From positions 4,435-68,434 of the forward strand of contig CAMNFE010000001.1 in assembly GCA_946537195.1 (NCBI GenBank): a stretch of 64,000 bases of DNA. Direction: 5' to 3'. Both the position numbers and the translations under genes were made by a program. Positions 34,000-43,965 of this stretch are shown piece by piece. A model generated the notes under the pieces. It was not told where the DNA came from. It made no database searches and worked only from the letters and a program-made list of their open reading frames with translations. The stretch is from an uncultured Candidatus Saccharibacteria bacterium (GTDB lineage: Bacteria; Patescibacteriota; Saccharimonadia; Saccharimonadales; Saccharimonadaceae). Each line of letters begins with the position of its first letter. The first letter of the stretch is position 1.

Positions 34000-35471
34000 A
34001 CATATATTTTACCATATTCTGGAGATTTATCCAGAGCTGGACCACTTCTAAAACTATATTTCGTGCGGCGTTTGAGAGCATATACGACCAGCAAAATTGG
34101 AAAGTATAAAAGGAAAATAACGGGATTATGTGGCGGCATGGAGACTGCCGCCCATTTTATTTCGCTTAAATAATTAATCGTGAATATCTGGAACGACAAA
34201 AATGATTTGTCCAGAAAAAGGAACGGTATAGTCATGAGCCTCGGAAAAATACCTATCAGTGCCGTTAGTGCCATAACGGCTGGAATTACGGGAGTTACTA
34301 ATATATTTGCAACTATGCCAATGATTGATATTTGTCCGTAATAATATATGCTGATTGGCGCACAGAATAGCTGAGCCGAAATAGCAATAATAATCATTTC
34401 CGCAATAAAACTAGGCGATTTTTTACCGTAAAAATACTCGTTTAATAGCGGCGACAAAAACATAATCCCCGCGTAGGATGCAAACGATAGTTGCCAAGCT
34501 ATATTCATGATGATAGTTGGACTCGCAAGGATAGAAATCGCAATTACGTATATAAGAATTCTACCCGGATGAAACTTTCGACCAAAGTATTCTGCAATGA
34601 GAGCAAGGCTAGACACGAGGCCTGCCCGTAATAAGCTGGGGCTCAATCCAGTAATAGATATAAAAAGAACTATGGAGAGAAAGGCGATTGCGCAGCCTGC
34701 GAAGCGCGATATTTTACCGAATCATTTTTTGGCAAAATTGACCAAAACGGACAGACAATATCCGGATGCAACAACAATATGCGACAGACCAACGATTTTT
34801 AGCTTTTCTTTAAAATCAGAAGTGAGTGTTTTTTCGCCTATCAAAAAGCCGAGCGCTAAATCAGCTGAATCTGAATCACTAAAAGCTTCACGTACGCGAT
34901 GCGTAAAAAATTCACGTATTTGCATAGAAAAGTCAGGAGGATCGGGCTTGTCGATGGCGACGAGTTGCGGATGATAGATAGAGGCAATATATTCGCCAAA
35001 ACCCGTCTGGAGCTTTGCCTTAAGACTGACACGATCAGAACGCTTGATGTCATCTATCTTCCCCGCCATCGTGGCGTAAATTTGACATTTTAAACTGTTT
35101 GTGCTATAATTATAAGATAGGTCATTCAGTTTGAGTCTGGTTTGGCCCTTTTTTGTTTCTGGAGTATCGGAGACGGTAGCGCTAAGGGTAACAAATTTAC
35201 CGATATAGCTAGCACATCCACCCTCATCTGCTAAAACCTGCCCTATGCGTAATAATCCAATAAGAAACCCAGCAACAAGTGCAAATAATATACGGAAATA
35301 ATATCTAAAATAAAACGAGCAAAGCAGCAACAAACCAGACGCACACAAAATAATAATAGAGCCGAAGTTTCACTTAACAATAAGACCGAACAAATCCCCT
35401 AACAGTATGCCTACGCAAAACAAAAGAGGCACAATAGAAATATGGAGCGTTCGTTCTTTGCTTTTTTGCAT
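33993..35471 (-). pseudogene. comEC: ComEC/Rec2 DNA-uptake channel (short form, no MBL domain) interrupted by two in-frame TGA codons
   Basis: A single frame of 493 codons runs from ATG 35471 to TAA 33993. It contains TGA at 35372-35370 and at 34724-34722. ComEC hallmarks (GLSHIVVASGY; ITGLSPSLLRAG) lie on both sides, and there is no frameshift. Confidence 0.7.
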
Positions 35472-35477
35472 ATCTTT

Positions 35478-35483
35478 ATTTTA
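35478..35483 (-). promoter_or_regulatory. -10 hexamer TAAAAT, leaderless start of comEC
   Basis: TAAAAT-aaagat-ATG(35471). Confidence 0.4.
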
Positions 35484-35513
35484 AATAACGCACAAAAAGT
35501 ACCAAAGCATAAG

Positions 35514-35532
35514 TGTTAATATTTGGTATAAT
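35514..35532 (+). promoter_or_regulatory. two overlapping extended -10 motifs (TGTTAATAT, TGGTATAAT) upstream of the LtaS-like gene
   Basis: The second hexamer ends 3 nt before ATG 35536. The true start may therefore be the in-frame ATG at 35548. Confidence 0.4.
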
Positions 35533-35535
35533 TAT

Positions 35536-37434
35536 ATGGTGAAAAGAATGAAGAAAAAACCGCTTAGTCCTAAAAACCGTTATATCGTCTCGTCGTTGAT
35601 TTTTCTTTTTATTGCAGCCATTTTTTTGACTTGGTTTTTGGAATATCGTAGTTTCTTAAACGAGTTCTGGCATACTTGGAACTTTATCGCAACGTCGCCA
35701 ATCGCGTTCTTATTCAATGCTTTCCTAATGTGGCTGATGTTGGTTTTTGTTTGGGGCTTGATTGGATCGCCGATAGCAACATTTGGCGTTTCGTGGATTT
35801 TAATAATCATCCTAACCTATATACACATTAATAAATCTTATTCACGCCAAACTCCTCTTCTGCCGGAAGATTTTCAGCTTGCCAGCCAGGCTTCAACTTT
35901 AACTAAGTTTGTTGATTATGGATCAATTATTCGCACAGTAATAGCATGTGCTTTAGTAATACTGCTGACGGTGATGCTATATAAATTTGCGGCTAAAAAA
36001 TATCACCTAACTAGAACTTGGAAAACAACTGGCTTCGCGCAAAAACACGCAATCCCGATGCGGCTATTAATCGTAGCACTTGCTACTGGCGCATTCTTTA
36101 TAAGCACAGATTTTGTAAGACATAACGAAGGTACGCGCTATGAAGAGCTACCATTACTAGGAACTCGTTTTACGGCCTGGAATCAAACGCGTAATTACGA
36201 TGAAAACGGTTTCATTTTAGGCTTTTTGTATAATTTTCAAAAACTCAAACTCGAAGAGCCGGATGTATATTCTAAAGAAAAAATTGCTGGAATAAAATCT
36301 GAATACTCTGCCGAAGCTGAAGAAGACAATCTAAACCGGAAAGATCCAGCAAAAGAAGACGTTAGTGTTGTTGTAATACTGAATGAATCTTTTTACGATC
36401 CGAGCGTCGAATTCAATGGTGCTAAATTTGATAAATATTATCCACACACCGGCGGTGACGTAACTCCAGTTCTTCATAGTATTCAGAAAAAATACCCAAG
36501 CGGTTTAATGTATTCCTTAGATTACGGTGGCGGTACAGCAAATATTGAGTTTGAGGCCTTCACTGGGTTAACTAACTACTGGGTAGACACCGTTCCTTAC
36601 ACTGCCCTAATTCCGAAAGCAGGAAAAATCCCTTCAATTGCGCAAATGTTGAAAGATGATGGTTACAAAACCATCGCAATTCATCCGTTTAATGGCGGCA
36701 TGTATAAACGAAATATCTCACTCGTAAATGAAGGCTTTGATACTTTTATTACAGAGAATGAAATGGACTTTAAAGAACATGACGGAGAATCAGAATATAT
36801 TAATGACCGTTCTGCATATCAACAGACTTTGAAGGTACTAAAAGAAAGTAAAGAAAAGCAGATGATTGGCTTGATTACAATGCAAAATCATACTCCGTAC
36901 AATGTCGAGAACTATGAAAAAACTGATTTTAAATTGACTACTGAAGAAGAACTTGACGAGCAAAGAAAATCTGAAATTGAAGTATATTACCAAAGTTTAC
37001 ACACTTCCGATAAATATCTTGGCGAGTTTATTGGCGAATTAGATAAGTTAGATAAAAAAGTAGTCGTATTGTTCTTTGGCGATCATGCGGCCGGTTTATT
37101 TGATAGCGTAAATTCACACGAAGAAAAAGCCGTTCGCGACTTGGCGCGCGTGACGCCATACTTTATCTATTCAAATTACAATTCTGGTTTCCGCGGCGAA
37201 AAGAAATTGCCAACCACTACTCCAAACTGTATGGTCAATACAATGCTTAACGGTCTAAGATGGAAAAAAGATACACTATATTACATGGTCGATAAAGTCT
37301 GCGAAAGTGAGCCAGTCTTGGCTGCAACATATCTTGAAGGACGCGAAATAAATATGGCCGAAATAATGGACGATTACGAGCTGGTGACTTACGATATTTT
37401 AGGCGGCAAAAAGTACTGGATGAAAAGTAAATAG
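35536..37434 (+). CDS. LTA synthase family protein (membrane-anchored sulfatase/phosphoglycerol transferase)
   Basis: Five N-terminal TM helices followed by an alkaline-phosphatase-superfamily domain (VVVILNESFYDP, MQNHTPY, FFGDHAAG). The start is ambiguous (35536 or 35548). Confidence 0.75.
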   Translation: MVKRMKKKPLSPKNRYIVSSLIFLFIAAIFLTWFLEYRSFLNEFWHTWNFIATSPIAFLFNAFLMWLMLVFVWGLIGSPIATFGVSWILIIILTYIHINKSYSRQTPLLPEDFQLASQASTLTKFVDYGSIIRTVIACALVILLTVMLYKFAAKKYHLTRTWKTTGFAQKHAIPMRLLIVALATGAFFISTDFVRHNEGTRYEELPLLGTRFTAWNQTRNYDENGFILGFLYNFQKLKLEEPDVYSKEKIAGIKSEYSAEAEEDNLNRKDPAKEDVSVVVILNESFYDPSVEFNGAKFDKYYPHTGGDVTPVLHSIQKKYPSGLMYSLDYGGGTANIEFEAFTGLTNYWVDTVPYTALIPKAGKIPSIAQMLKDDGYKTIAIHPFNGGMYKRNISLVNEGFDTFITENEMDFKEHDGESEYINDRSAYQQTLKVLKESKEKQMIGLITMQNHTPYNVENYEKTDFKLTTEEELDEQRKSEIEVYYQSLHTSDKYLGEFIGELDKLDKKVVVLFFGDHAAGLFDSVNSHEEKAVRDLARVTPYFIYSNYNSGFRGEKKLPTTTPNCMVNTMLNGLRWKKDTLYYMVDKVCESEPVLAATYLEGREINMAEIMDDYELVTYDILGGKKYWMKSK

Positions 37435-37443
37435 TATCGCTTC

Positions 37444-37473
37444 AAAAAGAGCTCCTTCTCGGAGCTCTTTTTT
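37444..37473. terminator. bidirectional intrinsic terminator
   Basis: aaaaa-gagctcc/ttctc/ggagctc-tttttt, between the convergent LtaS-like gene and metG. Confidence 0.75.
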
Positions 37474-38881
37474 AGTTCTTTGGAAATAGCGGCGTAGCTG
37501 GTGGTTGAATTTCCGTAGCAGTAAACACGTCTGCGATTTGTTTAGCGGTGTCAGGTAAGAAAATCGCAAGACGATCATTGATGGCGAGTAAATCAACTAC
37601 CAATTTAGTAAGAACTTCTTTTGCTTTTTCTGGATCAGTTTTTGCAAGCGCCCATGGCTTTTCAGCGTCAATGCGCTTGTTAAGCTCGGCAATACCTTCC
37701 CAAAGAATGTCAAAGGCGAAATTGAATTCATATTTCTCCATGCGAGCATCGAAATCTGGGTTCTCACGTTTTTCAACTTTCTGGCCAGAAATACTATTCT
37801 TTTTACAAAGAGTAGCTAGACGCTGGACGAGATTGCCAAGATCATTTGCGAGTTCGTTGTATGACGCTTCATATTTATCCCACGTAAAATCAGCGTCATC
37901 AGTTGTTGAAGCATGACGAAGGAAGAAATAACGGAACGGAGTTAAACCGTGCTTGTCGAGAATCTCAACTGGATCAACTACGTTTCCAATTGATTTAGAC
38001 ATTTTTTCGCCATTCACGGTTACAAAGCCGTGCGCCAATAAATTATGCGAAAGTGGCAAATCTAAGCCGAGTAGCATGGCTGGCCAAATTCCAGCATGAA
38101 AACGTAGAATATCTTTTCCAACAATCTGCGTATGAGCTGGCCAGTAATCGGAAATATCCTTGTCTGGATAACCAAGTATAGTGATGTAGTTGGATAATGC
38201 GTCAATCCAGACATACATGACTTGACTATCATCACCTGGAACTGGGATGCCCCATTCTACTTGCTCTTTAGGGCGCGAAATAGATACGTCCGGCATGTCT
38301 TTGAGGAGGTTTAAGAATTCTTTTTTACGAAATACTGGAGTAATTTTAAGTTCGTCCGTTTCGATAGCTTCGCGAATGCGTTCCTTAAAGTCAGAAATAC
38401 GAAGATAGTAGTTCTCTTCACTTAACTTAATGTATGGTTTTTTATGATCAGGACATTCACCATGATTATCTTCATATTCTTTGTCCGTGACATAACCTTC
38501 ACAACCCTCACAGTACCATCCTTCATATTTATCTTTATAAATATGGTCGGAGAGTTTTTCCCAAATAGCCTGACAACGACGTTCGTGGTCAGGGTCGGTA
38601 GTTCGAATAAAATCAGTGTATTCCACTCCTAATGAATGAATGAAATCCTGAAACTTTAAAGCATTCTGATCGACGAAATCTTGAATATCTACGCCCTGCT
38701 CGGCTGCCTTTTTGAAAATTTTATTTCCATGCTCATCGGTGCCAGCTTGGAGACGAACTTTTTTACCGCAATACATCATATATCGACGGAGGGTGTCCGC
38801 AAGTAGGTAATCCATAGCATGGCCAAGGTGCGGTTTACCGTTGACGTATGGAATAGCTGTAGTGATATATGGTTCTTTCAT
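37472..38881 (-). CDS. metG: methionine--tRNA ligase (short form)
   Basis: HIGH-type motif PHLGHA, KMSKS and Zn-knuckle cysteines CEGCEGY...CPDH. Confidence 0.95.
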   Translation of the reverse strand: MKEPYITTAIPYVNGKPHLGHAMDYLLADTLRRYMMYCGKKVRLQAGTDEHGNKIFKKAAEQGVDIQDFVDQNALKFQDFIHSLGVEYTDFIRTTDPDHERRCQAIWEKLSDHIYKDKYEGWYCEGCEGYVTDKEYEDNHGECPDHKKPYIKLSEENYYLRISDFKERIREAIETDELKITPVFRKKEFLNLLKDMPDVSISRPKEQVEWGIPVPGDDSQVMYVWIDALSNYITILGYPDKDISDYWPAHTQIVGKDILRFHAGIWPAMLLGLDLPLSHNLLAHGFVTVNGEKMSKSIGNVVDPVEILDKHGLTPFRYFFLRHASTTDDADFTWDKYEASYNELANDLGNLVQRLATLCKKNSISGQKVEKRENPDFDARMEKYEFNFAFDILWEGIAELNKRIDAEKPWALAKTDPEKAKEVLTKLVVDLLAINDRLAIFLPDTAKQIADVFTATEIQPPATPLFPKN

Positions 38882-38888
38882 GAACCAT

Positions 38889-38897
38889 ATTTTAACA
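38889..38897 (-). promoter_or_regulatory. extended -10 promoter (TGTTAAAAT), near-leaderless metG
   Basis: 7 nt between the hexamer and ATG 38881. Confidence 0.5.
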
Positions 38898-38920
38898 TCT
38901 TTTATAGAGAAAAGCGAATG

Positions 38921-39700
38921 CTACTTACTGGCAGTAATGACGATTAGAACGACAATGACTACAACTAATACACCCACGCCTATACCGATGAAGAGAGGCT
39001 TTTTGCTCTTGGCAGCTGGTACGGTAATAGTATTAGAAATATGAGTAGTTTCATCTGCGGTCGAGGCTTGCGCTGGAGCTCCTTCTGCTGCAGGCGCCGG
39101 ATCAGTTGAGGCTGGATCGGCCGGTGCTGGATCAACAGCTGGAGCGTCTTCTGTTGTCGCAGTTTCGACTGGCGCTGAACTATCGGCTGTTTCAGCGGCA
39201 GGAGCTGCTTCCATAGAAGCACTATCGCCAAAATTAGCTAACGGATCGGTATTTATATTCTCATATGATGGAGCTTCGCTTTTTGCGGAATCGGATACCG
39301 CTTCTTCGTCAATAATATCGCCGTCAACAAAAGCTGCGGCCGGAGCTGGCTTGGCTGCCGGTGCAGTGCTAGCATCTAATGGGTCAACTATTGGCATATC
39401 GGTGGATGACTCTTCAGTATCGGCTGAATCGCTGGTTTCGCCAGCTAGGCTCATGTCTGGGTTTTCTTCTAGGCGTTTATCAAGATCGGCCTGAGAGGAA
39501 GGCACATCATCGAGGCTAATGGAGTTCACGTCAAAAGTATTCTGAATATTCGGATCCTTGCCGCCAACGTCTTTGATGGCATCATTAATAGCATCCATAT
39601 CAATGGATGGCTGCTCGATATCTGAGGAAGAATCAAAATCTGGAGCTGCAGAATCCGTATTCGTGTTTGTTGTTGTAGCGTTCTGGTTGTTTAAATCCAT
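38921..39700 (-). CDS. tail-anchored, highly acidic low-complexity protein (259 aa)
   Basis: D/E/S/T/A/P-rich with no recognisable domain. Single C-terminal TM helix PLFIGIGVGVLVVVIVVLIVI. GGAGG RBS. Confidence 0.5.
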   Translation of the reverse strand: MDLNNQNATTTNTNTDSAAPDFDSSSDIEQPSIDMDAINDAIKDVGGKDPNIQNTFDVNSISLDDVPSSQADLDKRLEENPDMSLAGETSDSADTEESSTDMPIVDPLDASTAPAAKPAPAAAFVDGDIIDEEAVSDSAKSEAPSYENINTDPLANFGDSASMEAAPAAETADSSAPVETATTEDAPAVDPAPADPASTDPAPAAEGAPAQASTADETTHISNTITVPAAKSKKPLFIGIGVGVLVVVIVVLIVITASK

Positions 39701-39750
39701 TCGGATCCGCCTCCATTAAAATAAATTAGCCGATATATCTAATTATCATT

Positions 39751-40521
39751 TTAATGCTTATGGATATTTTTTTCAAGTTTTACCCATTCTGAAATATCTA
39801 AATCGGCCGGACGAGCGTTTTCGCTGATATGCAACTCTTTAAAAATCTGCTGAAGTTCTGTTTTGGCAATACGTGTGCCGACCGCAAGATTACTTATTAA
39901 TTTTTTGCGCGGCGCAATGAAGCCTAGTTTTATTAAAGCCATGGTTGATTCGGTAGCTAATGGTTCTGCAAGCGGTTCAAGAATTACAATTTGACTATCG
40001 ACTTTAGGCGGAGGCGTAAAGAATTCGCGATCTACTATTGGGCCAAGAGTGACTTTGGCGTAAATTTGAGCTGATAAACCGAGGATTGAGTAATCGCCCG
40101 GTTTTGCCGCCAAACGTTCTGCGACTTCTTCTTGAATTAATAAAACTATTTTTTCTGGCTTGTGCTCGGAATGAAGAAACTTCTGTATTATTGGCGACGT
40201 AATGTAATATGGAATATTTCCTGCAACGACATATTTTTCTGGAAGCTTTAACGCTTCAAGATCAATTGATAAGATGTCCTGATTAATAACCTCGAGATTT
40301 TTACCAGGAAATGATTTGGGAAGATTAGCTGCAAGACGATCATCTAGCTCAACTGCAATTACTTTTTTAAAGTTTTGAAATAGAGTTGATGTGAGCGTGC
40401 CGAGGCCTGGGCCAACTTCTACGACCGTATCTACGTTATCAACTGCCGCAAAATCAGAAATATCCAACAAGATATCTCGGTCCTTTAGCCAGTGCTGTCC
40501 GAGCGATTTACGATTCTTCAT
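39751..40521 (-). CDS. rsmA: 16S rRNA (adenine1518/1519-N6)-dimethyltransferase
   Basis: KSLGQHWLKD...VVEVGPGLGTLT...GNIPYYITSPI. Confidence 0.9.
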   Translation of the reverse strand: MKNRKSLGQHWLKDRDILLDISDFAAVDNVDTVVEVGPGLGTLTSTLFQNFKKVIAVELDDRLAANLPKSFPGKNLEVINQDILSIDLEALKLPEKYVVAGNIPYYITSPIIQKFLHSEHKPEKIVLLIQEEVAERLAAKPGDYSILGLSAQIYAKVTLGPIVDREFFTPPPKVDSQIVILEPLAEPLATESTMALIKLGFIAPRKKLISNLAVGTRIAKTELQQIFKELHISENARPADLDISEWVKLEKNIHKH

Positions 40522-40527
40522 ACGCTA

Positions 40528-41775
40528 TTACCACCAGTGATTAGCAGTCCAGAATTGATATGCCTTAGCCCAACTGCCGTAACGACCGACTGCATAGCCG
40601 TTGCACCAACGAAGTTGCGTAATAGGGTTTGTCGCCCAGTCGCTGCCGGCAGAAGCCATTTTACTGCCAGGAAGAGCTTGGCAAAGACCGGTTGCACCAC
40701 TGTAGCTATTTCTAGATAGCGGATTCCAGTGAGATTCGCGTTCGATAATATAGTTGACATATCCATAATCGCCCGCAGAGATTCCGGCGCGAGCCATCCA
40801 ATCTTCGTGAGAACCAGCCGGCAAGCTAACTTTCATACCAACACGTACTTCTTCATCTATAGGTTTTTTGTTTACAATAGATGAAAGTACTTTTCGAGAT
40901 ATTTCTTTACCGTTACGGAAATCTATTTCATAAGTAACAGTCTTCTTTCCCTTCTGCCCCTGTTTCGTAACCTTACGAGAACCATAATTCATCGAATAGT
41001 CATATGTAGTTTTTACTTTATAAGGAATAGCTTCTTCGACAGTTCGAGTTTGCTTACCCTGGCGATATACTGCAAATGAAATGCCCTCGGTTATTTTTAC
41101 GTCGTCCTTGAGTGATGCCCAAGTCTTTTTCGAATCAATCTTTATGTCACGTTCAGCGCGGAATTCGCCAATAGTGTCTGCCTGGGTACGTACTTTGATG
41201 CTCTTACCGTAAAAATCAAGGTTAACGGTTTTGGCGCGGGTTATCTGATAAGCGGCCGTTAATCCACTTTCAAGAAGTCCGTCGTACGGTACAACTTCAA
41301 CAATATCTGCATCTAATAATTGAATTCCTGCATCGGCAACTACGGCTTCTGGTTCAGCCGATGAAGTGTGAATGAATTTTTTAATATTATTGTCTATTAC
41401 AACTGCTTCACGGGCACGATAAATATTAATATTGAATGTTTCGGAATCAATTTCTTCATCAAGATTAGGCTCGATAGTGTCATATTCGGTATATTTTATG
41501 CCAGCACGCTCTAACAAACTGCGAACAGTAGTAGCGCCAGAGCGCATAGTGATTTTTTCTTCACCATCATAGATGGTAATAAAACTTTGTTCGCCATCTT
41601 GATCTGTAGGTTCAGCGGAAGCAGCGCTCGCAAAAAGATCGCTTTGTTTTGCAGTAATGCTAAAAACAAGAATAGCGACAGTGAGTCCAAGAATTACTAA
41701 GGATGGAATCGATATGACCCCTTTTACCTTGCGTAGTTTCATGCTCTTAAATTTTAACATATCTAAACACTCCAA
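40528..41775 (-). CDS. RpfB/YabE-like cell-wall protein: TM anchor, DUF348-like repeats, G5 domain, C-terminal lysozyme-like transglycosylase domain
   Basis: G5 block ...KVTKQGQKGKKTVTYEIDFRNGKEISRKV...VRVG. The C-terminus YIIERESHWNPLSRNSYSGATGLCQALP is transglycosylase-like. The position upstream of rsmA matches yabE-ksgA in Firmicutes. Confidence 0.65.
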   Translation of the reverse strand: MECLDMLKFKSMKLRKVKGVISIPSLVILGLTVAILVFSITAKQSDLFASAASAEPTDQDGEQSFITIYDGEEKITMRSGATTVRSLLERAGIKYTEYDTIEPNLDEEIDSETFNINIYRAREAVVIDNNIKKFIHTSSAEPEAVVADAGIQLLDADIVEVVPYDGLLESGLTAAYQITRAKTVNLDFYGKSIKVRTQADTIGEFRAERDIKIDSKKTWASLKDDVKITEGISFAVYRQGKQTRTVEEAIPYKVKTTYDYSMNYGSRKVTKQGQKGKKTVTYEIDFRNGKEISRKVLSSIVNKKPIDEEVRVGMKVSLPAGSHEDWMARAGISAGDYGYVNYIIERESHWNPLSRNSYSGATGLCQALPGSKMASAGSDWATNPITQLRWCNGYAVGRYGSWAKAYQFWTANHWW

Positions 41776-41790
41776 GCAAACCTAAACAGA

Positions 41791-42633
41791 TTAGGCTTTA
41801 GCTTTTTTAATTGAAAAATTGTATTTTGATATTTTAATGTAGGCATTTTTCCCCAGCGGAAATTGCTTACCGGATTGATAGGTTTTAATTGCTCCTAACG
41901 CACGAAGAAGTTGTGGACGAGTCTGAGAAATGTTTTCGTTTTTTAGCAGCTCTCTTAGAATTTCCAAAGACACATTATCATCGACCTCAGCAAAGATGTC
42001 ACGCGGTATGTATTGTTTCGGAGCGGCAGCTATTTGAGCTAGCAAATGATTGATTTCTAGATATAACGAGCTTTGTTTTTTATATAGATCAAATAATTGT
42101 TGCTTTTGATCTTCGGCTATAAATGTGAGTTTTTCGCGCACGCGATTACGCAAATATAAATCTTCTGTATTAGTTTGATCTTGGCGAAAGCTTAGCTTGT
42201 TTTTTGTGGCATAAATATAAATATCGCGTTTTTTCCAATCTAAAAGTGGGCGTTCAATTTCCGGATCGTTAAAAGGTGCTAAACCGCGCCATCCAGTACC
42301 GCGCATAATGTTGATCGCAACAGACTCTAGAACATCATCACGGTGATGCGCCACGAACAACTTACCTTTTTCTTTCTTGCAAATATTTTTAAGAAACTCA
42401 TAACGAGCTTCTCGCGCTTCTGCTTCAGACGCGCTGCCACCGAGATGGGCGTCTTTTGTAACGAATGGTAAGTTGTATTTTTTAGCTAAATTAGAGACAA
42501 AGCTTTGATCGTCTGAAGAATTTGGGCGAATACCATGATTGAAATGCGCGACAATTACTTCAGGATCGTTGCTGAAATAGTGCAACATCACCACTGAATC
42601 TATACCGCCTGATACCGCTAGGATTTTCTTCAT
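41791..42633 (-). CDS. tilS: tRNA(Ile)-lysidine synthase
   Basis: PP-loop ILAVSGGIDSVV and 280 aa length. Confidence 0.85.
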   Translation of the reverse strand: MKKILAVSGGIDSVVMLHYFSNDPEVIVAHFNHGIRPNSSDDQSFVSNLAKKYNLPFVTKDAHLGGSASEAEAREARYEFLKNICKKEKGKLFVAHHRDDVLESVAINIMRGTGWRGLAPFNDPEIERPLLDWKKRDIYIYATKNKLSFRQDQTNTEDLYLRNRVREKLTFIAEDQKQQLFDLYKKQSSLYLEINHLLAQIAAAPKQYIPRDIFAEVDDNVSLEILRELLKNENISQTRPQLLRALGAIKTYQSGKQFPLGKNAYIKISKYNFSIKKAKA

Positions 42634-42634
42634 G

Positions 42635-42643
42635 TGCTACAAT
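42635..42643 (+). promoter_or_regulatory. extended -10 promoter (TGCTACAAT) for the PRC-barrel gene
   Basis: It overlaps the ORF-track ATG at 42632, so translation more likely starts at ATG 42671, which has a GGAGAG RBS. Confidence 0.45.
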
Positions 42644-42670
42644 TATTCCATAAGCGGAGAGAAAAAGAAA

Positions 42671-43291
42671 ATGTTAATGGTTGGTTCTAATATGACTAAC
42701 TTCCCAGTATTAAGCCTTCATGTAGGCGGTGAAGTTGCGCGTACGAAACGGGCAATCATTGACCCAGATAATTTAGAAATTATAGCTTATACCCTCGACG
42801 GCCCAATTATTCATAACGATCCAGAAGTTGGCGATATTCTCGATTTAATGGACGTGCGCGAAATAAGTGATAAAGGTTTTATTGTCGATTCGGCCGATGT
42901 TTTTACCTCCCGCGAAGACGTCGTCAAATTAGACGAAATTATGAGCTTGGAATTTGACTTAGTTGGCCTGAAAGTAGTTGATCAAAAAGGTAAAAAAATG
43001 GGCAAAATTATCGACTACACCATCGATTCTGGCAGTTTTATGGTGTACCAATTGATAGTCCAACGTCCTGTCATGAATTCTTTTCTTGATCCGCAACTAA
43101 CTATTAATCGCTCTCAGATTGTCGAAATCGATGATTTTAAAGTTGTGATTAAAAACAGTACTTCCCAGATTAAAGTTAAAAAGACTAAAACCGCAGAAAA
43201 AGAAGAAGAATTTGTTCCTAATTTCGTAAACCCATTTAGAAAACCGGGCTACGCAGAAGACGATTCGAGCTCTTCTAAAACATCTGAGTAA
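42671..43291 (+). CDS. PRC-barrel domain protein (two repeats), YlmC/YmxH-like
   Basis: Two ~80 aa repeats (VLSLHVGGEVARTKRAIIDPDNLEI...; LVGLKVVDQKGKKMGKIIDYTIDSGSF...). Confidence 0.5.
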   Translation: MLMVGSNMTNFPVLSLHVGGEVARTKRAIIDPDNLEIIAYTLDGPIIHNDPEVGDILDLMDVREISDKGFIVDSADVFTSREDVVKLDEIMSLEFDLVGLKVVDQKGKKMGKIIDYTIDSGSFMVYQLIVQRPVMNSFLDPQLTINRSQIVEIDDFKVVIKNSTSQIKVKKTKTAEKEEEFVPNFVNPFRKPGYAEDDSSSSKTSE

Positions 43292-43965
43292 TTAAAACCT
43301 TGTCGAACCAGATATTGAATGAGTTTTTGTTGGTCTTCGTAGCGATTGGCCTTGCGTGCAATTACTTTGCGGAGCTCTTCCCTTTCGTCCCGGGAATTAT
43401 CCGCCAAAACTTCTTCTATAATTTGTTGGCTGATGCCTTTTTTTATTAACTCGTTACGGAGTTTTTTGAGGCTAACACCTTTTTTGACATTACGATTTTC
43501 AACCCAAATTTCGGCAAAACGATGGTCGTCTAAATATCCACGTTCATCAAGTCGTTCGAGTACTAATGGAACGAGGCTAGGATCGTAACCTTCGCGAACT
43601 TTAGTTTGATACTCGCCAGTTTTACGATTTTTGACGCGAACTTTTTTGCTAAGAGTCTTGCGCTTAAGATAATCGCGGATTTCCTTTACGGAATGTGGGC
43701 GCATTAAGGTATATTCAAGTGCGCGTGCATAGAATTTGCCGAAATCCGATGCGCGTTTCAGTTCGATCAATTCTTCGTCGCTGAGCTCGCGTCCAATTTT
43801 AATGGCAAAATCAACAACTTGCGAAATATCGAGAGAACAATAAAACTTATCGTCAACGAAAATATTGACGCGATTTTTGTCACGAATAGCTTCCTTAATG
43901 TCTGTTACTCGATGAGAATGCTTTTTGGGAGCATCATCATCGAAAATCGTTATTGTATCGAGCAT
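43249..43965 (-). CDS. recX: recombination regulator RecX
   Basis: Three-helix repeats (...ALEYTLMRPHSVKEIRDYL..., ...ERLDERGYLDDHRFAEIWVENR...). TAATG overlap with recA. Confidence 0.8.
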   Translation of the reverse strand: MLDTITIFDDDAPKKHSHRVTDIKEAIRDKNRVNIFVDDKFYCSLDISQVVDFAIKIGRELSDEELIELKRASDFGKFYARALEYTLMRPHSVKEIRDYLKRKTLSKKVRVKNRKTGEYQTKVREGYDPSLVPLVLERLDERGYLDDHRFAEIWVENRNVKKGVSLKKLRNELIKKGISQQIIEEVLADNSRDEREELRKVIARKANRYEDQQKLIQYLVRQGFNYSDVLEELESSSA

